IMG/VR virus record: IMGVR_UViG_3300032157_000009
Coordinates: 1 to 62,368 of that record
Length of the DNA stretch: 62,368 nt
Reading direction: 5' to 3' (one strand)
DNA from: a virus
Taxonomy: Duplodnaviria > Caudoviricetes
Position numbers and translations under genes: made by a program. This document shows, piece by piece, positions 27,387 through 36,228 of this stretch. The notes beneath the pieces were generated by a model that saw nothing but the letters and a program-made list of their open reading frames with translations, was not told the DNA's origin and did no database searches. Position 1 is the first letter of the stretch, and each line of letters opens with the position of its first letter.

Positions 27387-27847
27387 TCGCCCGCCTCTCC
27401 ATCACCAACGCCTCGCTCGCTGGCTTCAGCCGGGAAGTGAAAGACCGCATCAAGGCGGCACAGCCCAAGGCGGAGTTCGCCATGGCGGAAACCTTTCAAG
27501 AGTGTGTGCTGTCCAATTTTGGGGCGACCGGAAAGTTTCGTCCATGGTCAGGCTGGCCACCACTTAGCCCGGCTTACGCTCGCAAAGTGGGCCGAGATTA
27601 CGCCACGCTGGAAGTGAGCGGACGACTCAAGGCGAATGTGGTGATTGAGCTCAATGGCCAGAGTAATTTTGAAGTGACCAGTGATGACGATCGGGTGCCT
27701 TATTCCACGGTTCACCAGTACGGGGGCGGCAATAATATTCCGCAACGGGAATACTTCCCGATGTATGATGATGGAACGGTTTACCGACAAGTCGAAGACA
27801 TTGTGCAAAACGCAGCCGAAGCCGCGCTATTGAAGGAGCTTTCTTGA
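27383..27847 (+). CDS. Virion morphogenesis protein (Mu gpG-like)
   Basis: WPPLSPAY...LEVSGRL...YSTVHQYGG..IPQREYF. Confidence 0.8.
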   Translation: MIARLSITNASLAGFSREVKDRIKAAQPKAEFAMAETFQECVLSNFGATGKFRPWSGWPPLSPAYARKVGRDYATLEVSGRLKANVVIELNGQSNFEVTSDDDRVPYSTVHQYGGGNNIPQREYFPMYDDGTVYRQVEDIVQNAAEAALLKELS

Positions 27848-28395
27848 TGTTGGCCCAACCCGTCACTATTTCTCAGCAAGCCTCAGCGTTGAAGTTGACG
27901 CTGGAAGGCTGGGCACACCCCAAGGGTGGCCGAGTGGCTGTGATGGCCAACCAGCGTCATCTCTGGGAGGAGTTGACTGATCTGTCACAAGCAGTGGCCA
28001 GCCAATCGCCGCGCATCATGGTGCTTTGTGCCGGGGCAGACATGCGGTTGCCGGGTGAGCCGGATTGTCATCGGGAAGACAGGCGCTGGCAGATCGTGCT
28101 AGTCAAGGGTCGGGGGTTTTATAAAGACCCCATGAGCGGTTTCACGGCTGAGCCATTTACCGATTCCATTGAAGCGATCCGAGACTTGATTCGCACCATG
28201 ATTGGGATCAGCGACGAAGAGGAAGTGCCTAGCGTGCGTTATCAAGGCTGGAAGCCGTTACCGAGCATCCTGCCCACCCGGGAGGCGAATGCCTTTGCGG
28301 ATGCGGTGGTGCTGGAGTTCATGACGGCCAACGATATTCCGCAAGTCATTTTACAGGCTCCGGGGACGGAGGGCTTGGAAGGCAGTGAATTGTAA
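27847..28395 (+). CDS. Tail completion/terminator candidate
   Basis: Synteny only. Confidence 0.5.
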   Translation: MLAQPVTISQQASALKLTLEGWAHPKGGRVAVMANQRHLWEELTDLSQAVASQSPRIMVLCAGADMRLPGEPDCHREDRRWQIVLVKGRGFYKDPMSGFTAEPFTDSIEAIRDLIRTMIGISDEEEVPSVRYQGWKPLPSILPTREANAFADAVVLEFMTANDIPQVILQAPGTEGLEGSEL

Positions 28396-28415
28396 CAATC
28401 GAAAACGAAACCAAT

Positions 28416-28994
28416 ATGAAAAACAAACTCCATCAAATTCTTTTCTGGGCCTGCCTGCTGGTGGCACGCATCAAGCTGGTGCTGGTCAAATGGCAATACC
28501 CGTTCTGTGAAGCGGCACGCAACGTCTGGCCCACTACCGGGGCTGGCTCGTTGGCGACCGGCTACGTTGCCAGCGGCGTGACGACCATTCGTTGGGGCAG
28601 TGGCGAGCTGGTTACGAGCATTAACACGGTTGCCACCAGCGTGACGATCGGGATCGTGACACGCTTCAATGAAGCCGCATTGGCGGAAAATATGAAATTT
28701 CCAAACGGTAATGGCGTGACGATCACGCGCGTTTTGATTGTGGATGGAACGAAATGGGACGTCACGATTCGAGACGATACAGGACTCTCTGGATCTGCCG
28801 GTATTGGTCGTCCAAAGATCGGCACAGCCGTGGTGATTGTGGATGCTGGAGGGTTGGTTCCTGGAGGCACAGCAGGTTTGAAATACACCTCCACGGTGGT
28901 TGAAGGAGGCTACGATACAGCTCCCAAACAACCGGGCGAAATTACTTTCACGGTCGAGGCTCTAATACTCATTGAAGGAATAGTCGCTGTCTGA
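28416..28994 (+). CDS. Major tail tube protein candidate with hydrophobic N-terminal extension
   Basis: Beta-rich and directly upstream of the frameshifted chaperone pair. Confidence 0.55.
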   Translation: MKNKLHQILFWACLLVARIKLVLVKWQYPFCEAARNVWPTTGAGSLATGYVASGVTTIRWGSGELVTSINTVATSVTIGIVTRFNEAALAENMKFPNGNGVTITRVLIVDGTKWDVTIRDDTGLSGSAGIGRPKIGTAVVIVDAGGLVPGGTAGLKYTSTVVEGGYDTAPKQPGEITFTVEALILIEGIVAV

Positions 28995-28997
28995 TTT

Positions 28998-29555
28998 ATG
29001 AACAAACCCAACCCAAACCTTCTCAGCCCAGAGATTGAAGCCAAGGTTGCCGAAATGGCAACCAAAACCCAAGCAGTCGATCAACAAGCTGCCGGCGCCC
29101 TTGCCGAGCCGCTGCCCGGACCTACGCGTGATATCTTTGCCCTGGCGCAAGATATCAAAGTCGGAAAATGGAGCGTGCGTCCGTTTTACGATCTCGACTT
29201 CGTATTGTTGGAAGAACTCCAACACCCTATGGCCAACATCATGAAGGCCACCATGTCGGGCGAGGAAGTCAAAGATGATTACATTCCGAGCGGAAGAACA
29301 GCATGGCAGTTGTTCTGGATGATGACGCGACCACCAGAGGAAACCGAGATGCTGCTGGCGGACAACAAGCAGAATGAATTGTTTGAGTTGGCGCGGGCGG
29401 AGTTCGGCAAGCTGTCCTTTGCGGCGCTGGTCATGCTCTACAAAGCTGTGGTCCGGCAGATCGGCATCTGCACCAGCGGCAACGTAGCCTACGGCGCACC
29501 GACCGAGGAGGGCGAGGCAAGGCAAGCCGCGTCCCCAAAATCATCGGCGGCGTAG
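28998..29555 (+). CDS. Tail assembly chaperone (lambda gpG-like)
   Basis: Lies between the tube and tape-measure candidates; slippery site near its end. Confidence 0.7.
   Translation: MNKPNPNLLSPEIEAKVAEMATKTQAVDQQAAGALAEPLPGPTRDIFALAQDIKVGKWSVRPFYDLDFVLLEELQHPMANIMKATMSGEEVKDDYIPSGRTAWQLFWMMTRPPEETEMLLADNKQNELFELARAEFGKLSFAALVMLYKAVVRQIGICTSGNVAYGAPTEEGEARQAASPKSSAA
29534..29540 (+). other. Predicted -1 ribosomal frameshift heptamer C CCA AAA
   Basis: X XXY YYZ in the correct phase; the -1 frame is open to 29791. Confidence 0.7.
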
Positions 29556-29791
29556 TGGATGGTCTAGGTTGGTTGCACGAGAAGCACGGTCGGTGCATGG
29601 CCCGCTACGGTTGGACGGAACGGTTTTGTTGGATTGGAATTTCGACAGCGAAGTCAGCGGTGTATGATAATTTAGCCAAAGAGCAGGAGATCACGGCCTT
29701 TGGACCGTTGTGGGAGCGAAAGTCTCCCGGTTACGTCAAACAGGAAATTGAAAAACGATTGAAGCATGGCAAGCGGAAAAGTCAGCGTTGA
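29555..29791 (+). CDS. gpT-like C-terminal extension of the tail chaperone
   Basis: In the -1 frame relative to 28998-29555. Confidence 0.65.
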   Translation: MDGLGWLHEKHGRCMARYGWTERFCWIGISTAKSAVYDNLAKEQEITAFGPLWERKSPGYVKQEIEKRLKHGKRKSQR

Positions 29792-31016
29792 ACTCAGACT
29801 GGTGCTCGACAAGCTGAATGCCGACATCAAGGCAGCGGCAGCATCGATGCGTGCCGGGTTGTCCAAGGACATGAGCTCAACGGCGGCTGGGACTGAGAAG
29901 GCGGCCAACGCTCAAACCAAACTGGCGGATGAGGTCAAGAAAGCAAACACGGCGCTCAAAGATCAAGTGCGCATCATTGACGGCACGCGCAGTCGCAAGC
30001 CGACCCGCTTTCACATCCCATGGTCCACCGACGCAGGTGGCGGATTGGCGACTGATCCTAATGCTTTCTTCAATCCCGGCAGACCGAAAGGAGCTCCCGG
30101 CACAGCACCTCCGGCCATGTTTCCGATTCCGCGACCACCTGTCATTCCGCCGTCACAGTCTGGCATTGGATTGCTAGGCAAGGCCATTCAAGGCGGGCTG
30201 GCTTCGCCATTGGCAATTGCTGCTCAAGTAGGCGCAGCGTTGGCCGGACTCCGGGTGGCCATTGGTTTGATTCAATATGCGTTTCGGGCCATGTTGATTC
30301 CGGTGCGTGCACTACAACGAGCCTTCATGATGGCGGCTGAATCGGCACGTCGGCTTTATGCTCGAGGGCTACAAAGTGGCGGACAGGGAATGGGTTTTAT
30401 AGCCCAACGCTCAATGCTGGCTGACACCATTGGAGTGAGCGAGGAAGAGGTTTACAGCTATGGCAGCGCGGTGCGTTATTTGAATGGTCAATTGGCCTTT
30501 GCCACCAATGTTGCGGCCGGAACTAACGCTAGCCTGACGGCCACCGCCTGGTCGTTGCGGGTGGTGCAGGCCGATTTGAAGGCCCTGAGCTCGCTGCTGG
30601 CTTATGAGATTTCAGACGCTGTCCGGTTGTTGGCAAGAATGTTTCACCAACTAGCAACAGAGATAGCTCCGGTGATGTCCATCATCGGCAAGGTCATCAA
30701 GACCAGCCTGCTGACCGCGATGACGTTGGCCGCTACCAGTCTTGGTCCGGCCATGGCCGTCGCTTTTGCGCGCATTGCCATGAAGGCAGGCTTCGGCAAG
30801 GACGCTCCTGGAATGGGTTCTGAAATCAAGCGCATGCCGTTCTCGGCTTGGGAGAAGATGGGGCTTGTGGTCGGTACTGGCGGTGGAAATAATTTTGCCC
30901 AGCAGACGGCTCAACACACCAAGAAGACCTCCGAGAACACGGCAAAGTTGATTGAATTGATGACCGGCAAGAATGGTCAACTCATGATTCCCTTCACGCT
31001 CCACAACGCCCAATGA
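29766..31016 (+). CDS. Tape measure protein candidate (short, 416 aa)
   Basis: Ala-rich helical sequence with N-terminal VSVELRLVLD; follows the chaperones. Confidence 0.65.
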   Translation: MASGKVSVELRLVLDKLNADIKAAAASMRAGLSKDMSSTAAGTEKAANAQTKLADEVKKANTALKDQVRIIDGTRSRKPTRFHIPWSTDAGGGLATDPNAFFNPGRPKGAPGTAPPAMFPIPRPPVIPPSQSGIGLLGKAIQGGLASPLAIAAQVGAALAGLRVAIGLIQYAFRAMLIPVRALQRAFMMAAESARRLYARGLQSGGQGMGFIAQRSMLADTIGVSEEEVYSYGSAVRYLNGQLAFATNVAAGTNASLTATAWSLRVVQADLKALSSLLAYEISDAVRLLARMFHQLATEIAPVMSIIGKVIKTSLLTAMTLAATSLGPAMAVAFARIAMKAGFGKDAPGMGSEIKRMPFSAWEKMGLVVGTGGGNNFAQQTAQHTKKTSENTAKLIELMTGKNGQLMIPFTLHNAQ

Positions 31017-32290
31017 AATCCATCACCGTCACCACTGCCACGCCCGGTTACGCCAAGGGCACTTTAACGTCCAACGGAACCATTCCGACGGATGGTGACA
31101 CCCTGACGATTGGCAACAAGACTTACACCTTCAAGACCACCTTGACCCCGACCGAGGGCGAGGTGCTAATCAACAGCAGTGCCGCCAACGCTTTGGTCAA
31201 TTTGAAGCGAGCGATTGATCACACAGGCACGCCGGACACCGATTATAAGTGCGCAGCGGCTCACACCCAGGTGGCGGGCAGCACAATTACCGCCACCAGC
31301 CTGATCGTTGTGGCGCTGGCTGCCGGGCTGAGCGAGGAGTCTATTGCCACCACTGACACTGCGGCAACACTGTCTTGGGAAACAGCCACGCTGGTGGTGA
31401 GCGACCTGACGATTGTTGCCACCTTTGCTGAGGAGACCTTTGATCAACCTTCCCAGCGAGTGACGGTGGGCGAGTTTCCGTCTGGGAACACCAGCTGGTC
31501 ACGGGCACACAAACTGACCAACCACGCCCATTTTTGCGAGCGCAACCTGTCCAGCGGCGTGGTGCGAATGGCCTGGGCCTTGGATGAGTTCGCCAAAGTG
31601 GCAATAGCCTTGGAACCAAGTTTAAGTTGGACGCCAGTGGTGACGACTGAGCCGGTGGCAGACGCCACAGCCTTTGCCAGTGCGCTGGTCACCTCCAATG
31701 CCACGGCTCCAGCCAACAACGACACCATCACCTTGGGCAGCGTAACCTACACCTTCAAGACCACCTTGACCGGCAGTCCGGACGAGGTCTTGATTGGGGC
31801 TAGCGCAGCAGCCGCGCTGGATAATTTGAAGTCAGCAGTCAACACCACGGCAGGGGAAGGCACAACCTACGGCACGGGCACGTCCATTCATCCCAACATT
31901 GCCGCTACCACCAATACCGATACCACCCAGTTGTTTGTGGCCAAGGCGGTCGGCACAGCCGGAAACGCTTATGCCAGCACCACCACTTCGGCCAATCTCT
32001 CATTCCCGGGAGCCACCTTCACGGGCGGGCTGGCAGCAGCCACCTTTGCGGTAGTAGCCGGTGGCAGCGAGACAACGCTCAGTTACCAGTGGCAATATTC
32101 TGCCGATGGCACAACCGGATGGACGGCTGCAAGCGGTACGGTCAATGGCTGTGTTTACACCAACGACACAACGGCCACTTTGACTTGCACTCCCACCACC
32201 ACCGGTCAGACCGGCTACTATCATCGTTGTGTGCTGACCAATAGTGCCGGCACCACCAACACCGACGCGGTGGTTTTGACCATCACCTAA
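31013..32290 (+). CDS. Thr-rich tail protein with a duplicated domain and Ig-like C-terminus
   Basis: Two copies of DT.T.G..TYTFKTTLT....EVLI..SAA.AL.NLK.A; LSYQWQYS...YHRCVLTN. Confidence 0.75.
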   Translation: MKSITVTTATPGYAKGTLTSNGTIPTDGDTLTIGNKTYTFKTTLTPTEGEVLINSSAANALVNLKRAIDHTGTPDTDYKCAAAHTQVAGSTITATSLIVVALAAGLSEESIATTDTAATLSWETATLVVSDLTIVATFAEETFDQPSQRVTVGEFPSGNTSWSRAHKLTNHAHFCERNLSSGVVRMAWALDEFAKVAIALEPSLSWTPVVTTEPVADATAFASALVTSNATAPANNDTITLGSVTYTFKTTLTGSPDEVLIGASAAAALDNLKSAVNTTAGEGTTYGTGTSIHPNIAATTNTDTTQLFVAKAVGTAGNAYASTTTSANLSFPGATFTGGLAAATFAVVAGGSETTLSYQWQYSADGTTGWTAASGTVNGCVYTNDTTATLTCTPTTTGQTGYYHRCVLTNSAGTTNTDAVVLTIT

Positions 32291-32291
32291 C

Positions 32292-33368
32292 ATGCCACAA
32301 CTCGCTTTAGGATTCAGTTGGGAGGATGGCCTGAATGGTCACGGTGGCACGCCTACGCCCGACGGTGCTATTCGGGTGCAGTCTGGTGGGGGCATCACAG
32401 CGGTGGACGATGTCATCACCGAAGAAGCTCCGGATTCCCCGGAGATTGAACGAGCCAATCAAGCCACCATGACGGCGACCAAGAGCATGTCGTGGTTGGA
32501 GGCTAAGAACCAGATTCAATACTACGGCTTGGGAACAATTGTTGAGGATGAGTTTGGTAACATCTTCAAGGTGTTGTCGGCGCGCATTAAGCGGGTCAAG
32601 CCTTCGATGGCTACGATGACGATCGTGGCTGAGAGCATTTCCTTTGATGTGCCGGTGGACGAGTTCAGCATTCAGCCCGTGGAGTTGGGATTGAACATCC
32701 TCAAACACCCACGCTACTTCTATGCTTTTCTGGGTGCAAGTGCAGATGAAGAGGCTCGCAATCAGATGGTCATCCGTCGGTTGCAAGATTACATGGAGAC
32801 CACCAACTCGCAAAAGCGGGATTACATGGTCAAAGAGCTCAAGGCATCCATTGGCTTCGCGGGCACAGCGGGTGCCGATCAGCCGACGCTGTCCACCACA
32901 TCTCAAATTGCCGGAACAGACTGGGCCAAATATGCTGCGATGGAGATCATTCAAAAGTATTGGCGTGGGGAGGAAACGCCTTACATCGTAGGATTTGACA
33001 TCAAGTGGTCACAGTATTATTTCATTCCTCCATTTCTGATTCCGGGCGGATTTATTGAAGACCCCATGACCGAGGCGGTGCCACAGTTGCCGGATTACTT
33101 CTGGCAGCAGCCGGGCGGCGCTTCCATTTTCGATTTCATCGCCTCATCCAATCCGCAATGCTACTCCTCAGACGGCACCAGCGGAGGCGCGCTTAATATC
33201 AGTTGGCTGCGGCGGTCGGATCAAATCGAATACCAACGCACTTGGTTCAAGATCACCCGTTCCTGGTTTGGTTCGCCGGTCGGATTTTGGGATCCGCAGC
33301 TTTACGGTTTCCAGATCACCCGGCCAACGGCGGACGATGCTGCAACGGCTTTTTTACCCATCAATTAA
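32292..33368 (+). CDS. Tail tip protein (hypothetical)
   Basis: Synteny; 358 aa. Confidence 0.6.
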   Translation: MPQLALGFSWEDGLNGHGGTPTPDGAIRVQSGGGITAVDDVITEEAPDSPEIERANQATMTATKSMSWLEAKNQIQYYGLGTIVEDEFGNIFKVLSARIKRVKPSMATMTIVAESISFDVPVDEFSIQPVELGLNILKHPRYFYAFLGASADEEARNQMVIRRLQDYMETTNSQKRDYMVKELKASIGFAGTAGADQPTLSTTSQIAGTDWAKYAAMEIIQKYWRGEETPYIVGFDIKWSQYYFIPPFLIPGGFIEDPMTEAVPQLPDYFWQQPGGASIFDFIASSNPQCYSSDGTSGGALNISWLRRSDQIEYQRTWFKITRSWFGSPVGFWDPQLYGFQITRPTADDAATAFLPIN

Positions 33369-33767
33369 ATGAACTTCAGCAATCCAATTCCACGAGGGCC
33401 AGCGGTGAAGACTTGGCCATCCTCGCCTTTGCGCTCGCCTCGTGATCAGGATTCGCCCGTCAAGCAATGGCAGAAGGCTGGCTCCACTGGGGAGCAGGTC
33501 TTGGCGTTGCAGGAGAATGTAAAACAACTGCAACGTCAGTTTGATCGCTTGCGCCGACGTGGTGCTGGCGACGAAGCCGAGGCCACTACTGGAATGACCT
33601 ATAAAGGGGAATGGAATGCCAGCACGGTTTATGTGGCGCAGAATTTGGTCACGCGTGGGGCGTTGGGAGAGTTTATTTGCATCCTGGATGCTCCGGCCGC
33701 AACCACGCCGGAGTCGGGTGCTCCGTATTGGCACGGGCTGGTTACTCCCTTAGGAATGTGGGCTTGA
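33369..33767 (+). CDS. Tail protein with short carbohydrate-binding-like motif
   Basis: YKGEWNASTVYVAQNLVT...P.....W. Confidence 0.55.
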   Translation: MNFSNPIPRGPAVKTWPSSPLRSPRDQDSPVKQWQKAGSTGEQVLALQENVKQLQRQFDRLRRRGAGDEAEATTGMTYKGEWNASTVYVAQNLVTRGALGEFICILDAPAATTPESGAPYWHGLVTPLGMWA

Positions 33768-33768
33768 T

Positions 33769-36228
33769 ATGGTAACCCGAGGCACCAACATTACTCAGGC
33801 TGACCTGGACGCTTTGGCAACCCTTGCCAACAGTGTTGGTGCACCGCTGCCGACCAATTTTGAGTTCAGTTACATGGACGAGGTGATCCTGCCGCCTACA
33901 GATTTGGTGGGCACGATCAATTACGGCGCAGGCGGATATGTGGCAGCTGGGGTGCAGGTGGTGGTTCACGTTTACAGCTACAAGGACGTTTCTGGTCGCC
34001 GCCACTACTCAAGATTGTTTGCAGCGGGCAGTGTTCTGCCAAACAGTTCAACTGATGCCTTTGAAATTGAATGGACCTGGACTCCGCCGGTAGCAGCAGT
34101 GGACGGTTATATTTACGTGGTGATTGATTCAGGAGACAGTTATTTTGTTGGCTTGTGGCAGGATGTGACCTCGCTGCCCTTCACAGACGACAGCCTCTCT
34201 TTGAATGATCCGTTCAGTGGCTTCGCAGTTGATCGCAATCCAATTGAAGGCTGGCGCAGCACCACAAATTATCTAACGGACGGCGGTGGCAGTTTTACTC
34301 AGACTCCGGGTCAATGGTTGTTTGAATTGAACCGGATGCGCGGAGCGATGGTTTCTGGTTACACGGAAGACGTCAACTGGCTGGTGTCTGGTCCTTGGGT
34401 GGTTTCAGTTGGCTCGCGCTTGCGTTATGGCAGCGACTCCTTGGTGTACGGAAGCGTGGAATTTTGGTATGCAGCCGACGATCATGCCGGGGACATTGAC
34501 ATTGAAACGGTTGCCGAGATTGGGTCGGAAGCCGTGCCAATTGAACTGCTCAATGATTTGTCGGGCGACCTTTATCAAGAGGCGTTGTCTTTGACGCTAC
34601 CAGCCGCACACACCTTTCGAGGGCGCATCACTTGGGAGACGGACAATGCCATTGCGGGTGGCATCACCCATGCGCTATCAGTTCTGTCAGGTGCCGTCAC
34701 CATCACCACCGAGACCTGGGCGGTTGACGGCAGCACCCTGACGTTGGACTTCGTTTTGGAACTGCCTTCCGGAGCTAGCGAGGTCAGGATTGACATTGAT
34801 CTGAACGACGGCACTAACGCCTTTGCCAATGATGGTCTGTTGGTGTCGGACGTGGTGCTGGACACCGAGGTCGTAACGCCAACGGATGCCGACATCATTC
34901 ACGCAACCAGCCTTGGCAAGACAGCCGAGCCGGTCACCATTGATCCGACGCTTGGGCCTGTGGTCTTCAACGGAGGGAATTATTATCCCAGCTTCCGGGC
35001 GGAAGGTGATTTAGACGGGGTGTGGGTGGCAATGACTAGGCCGGTGTTTGGAATACACACTTATTTGGATTCCGATCTGCCTAATTATTACCGGGCGGTG
35101 ACCAGTGGTCCGCGTGGCACGGCGGAGGCGGCCGAGGCTGAGTTCAGCGTCACGCCAGCAGTGGCCGCCCGGTCGTCGTTGTGGCCAGTGTTTCGGGACA
35201 CCGATTTCGGCACCTGGATGCCGACCGGCAACAATGCGGTGAATAAGTTGGTGCCTTATTTCCAATTGGATGTTTTTCATTCCATGATTCAAGACGAGGT
35301 TACCGTGGCGGCAGAAGGGGTGAGTAACCACTTTTCTTTGGCGGTGGCTGCATCGTATGAAAAGTTGATTTTGCGTTCTTCTGATCCGATGGCCACGATC
35401 TATTTGAGTCTGTCTTCAGACCCCATAGATCCAAATGATGGCGGCACTTATGATGTTTCAGCGGTGGGAGAATTGATCCTGCCGGACGACTTTGCCTATG
35501 CCGGTGGTGGCACGGTGTATTACCTGGTCAAGAATAATGAACTGACCCAGCAAACCTTTTTCTTGAGAAGGATTCTGTGTCTCAAGAACAGCGACGACGT
35601 TTATCCAGGCGACGCTCCAATATTCTTCAACACTGCCATCACCGGGTTGCCGGCTTTTGAATCCTACAGCTACAACCTGCCTGATAGCACCTGGACCAGC
35701 ACGGTGGATACCGGAGACAAGCTGGAGATTCCCCGGTCAGGTTATTGCATTTACGAAGTGACGGTGGCGCGTCCGTCAGTAGGCGACATTGCCATCATTC
35801 CTTCAACTGGTGAGGCGGCATTGGTGGTCAAGTTGGGCGTGATGTTGGGGTCGGATTTGGACAGCGGCGGAACATTCAGCGAGTTGCTGGAGGTGACGAT
35901 ACCGGCCGACGAACCTAGCATCACAACGACGGTATTTTGGCCGGTGTTGAACGGGGCTTGTCTGGCTTATCAATGCGATGAGGTGGTCAATGTCATGGCC
36001 AGCGCCAATTTCCAGCCAGCGGTTATCAGTCATCATTACCCGCCGCGCGGAGCTCAAATTGGTCCGATTCGCGGCACCTGGTCGGGTGAACGTCAACCGG
36101 CTGCCCCGCAAAGCGGTAGAGGCACCTGTTATTTCGCCAATGGATTTAACAATCAACAGGATTATGTGGTATTGCCCATTTGTGCGGATCTTTACAATGA
36201 CACCGAAGCGGTGCTGGGAATTTTATGA
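33769..36228 (+). CDS. Large acidic tail protein
   Basis: 819 aa, Asp/Glu-rich and beta-rich; synteny. Confidence 0.65.
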   Translation: MVTRGTNITQADLDALATLANSVGAPLPTNFEFSYMDEVILPPTDLVGTINYGAGGYVAAGVQVVVHVYSYKDVSGRRHYSRLFAAGSVLPNSSTDAFEIEWTWTPPVAAVDGYIYVVIDSGDSYFVGLWQDVTSLPFTDDSLSLNDPFSGFAVDRNPIEGWRSTTNYLTDGGGSFTQTPGQWLFELNRMRGAMVSGYTEDVNWLVSGPWVVSVGSRLRYGSDSLVYGSVEFWYAADDHAGDIDIETVAEIGSEAVPIELLNDLSGDLYQEALSLTLPAAHTFRGRITWETDNAIAGGITHALSVLSGAVTITTETWAVDGSTLTLDFVLELPSGASEVRIDIDLNDGTNAFANDGLLVSDVVLDTEVVTPTDADIIHATSLGKTAEPVTIDPTLGPVVFNGGNYYPSFRAEGDLDGVWVAMTRPVFGIHTYLDSDLPNYYRAVTSGPRGTAEAAEAEFSVTPAVAARSSLWPVFRDTDFGTWMPTGNNAVNKLVPYFQLDVFHSMIQDEVTVAAEGVSNHFSLAVAASYEKLILRSSDPMATIYLSLSSDPIDPNDGGTYDVSAVGELILPDDFAYAGGGTVYYLVKNNELTQQTFFLRRILCLKNSDDVYPGDAPIFFNTAITGLPAFESYSYNLPDSTWTSTVDTGDKLEIPRSGYCIYEVTVARPSVGDIAIIPSTGEAALVVKLGVMLGSDLDSGGTFSELLEVTIPADEPSITTTVFWPVLNGACLAYQCDEVVNVMASANFQPAVISHHYPPRGAQIGPIRGTWSGERQPAAPQSGRGTCYFANGFNNQQDYVVLPICADLYNDTEAVLGIL

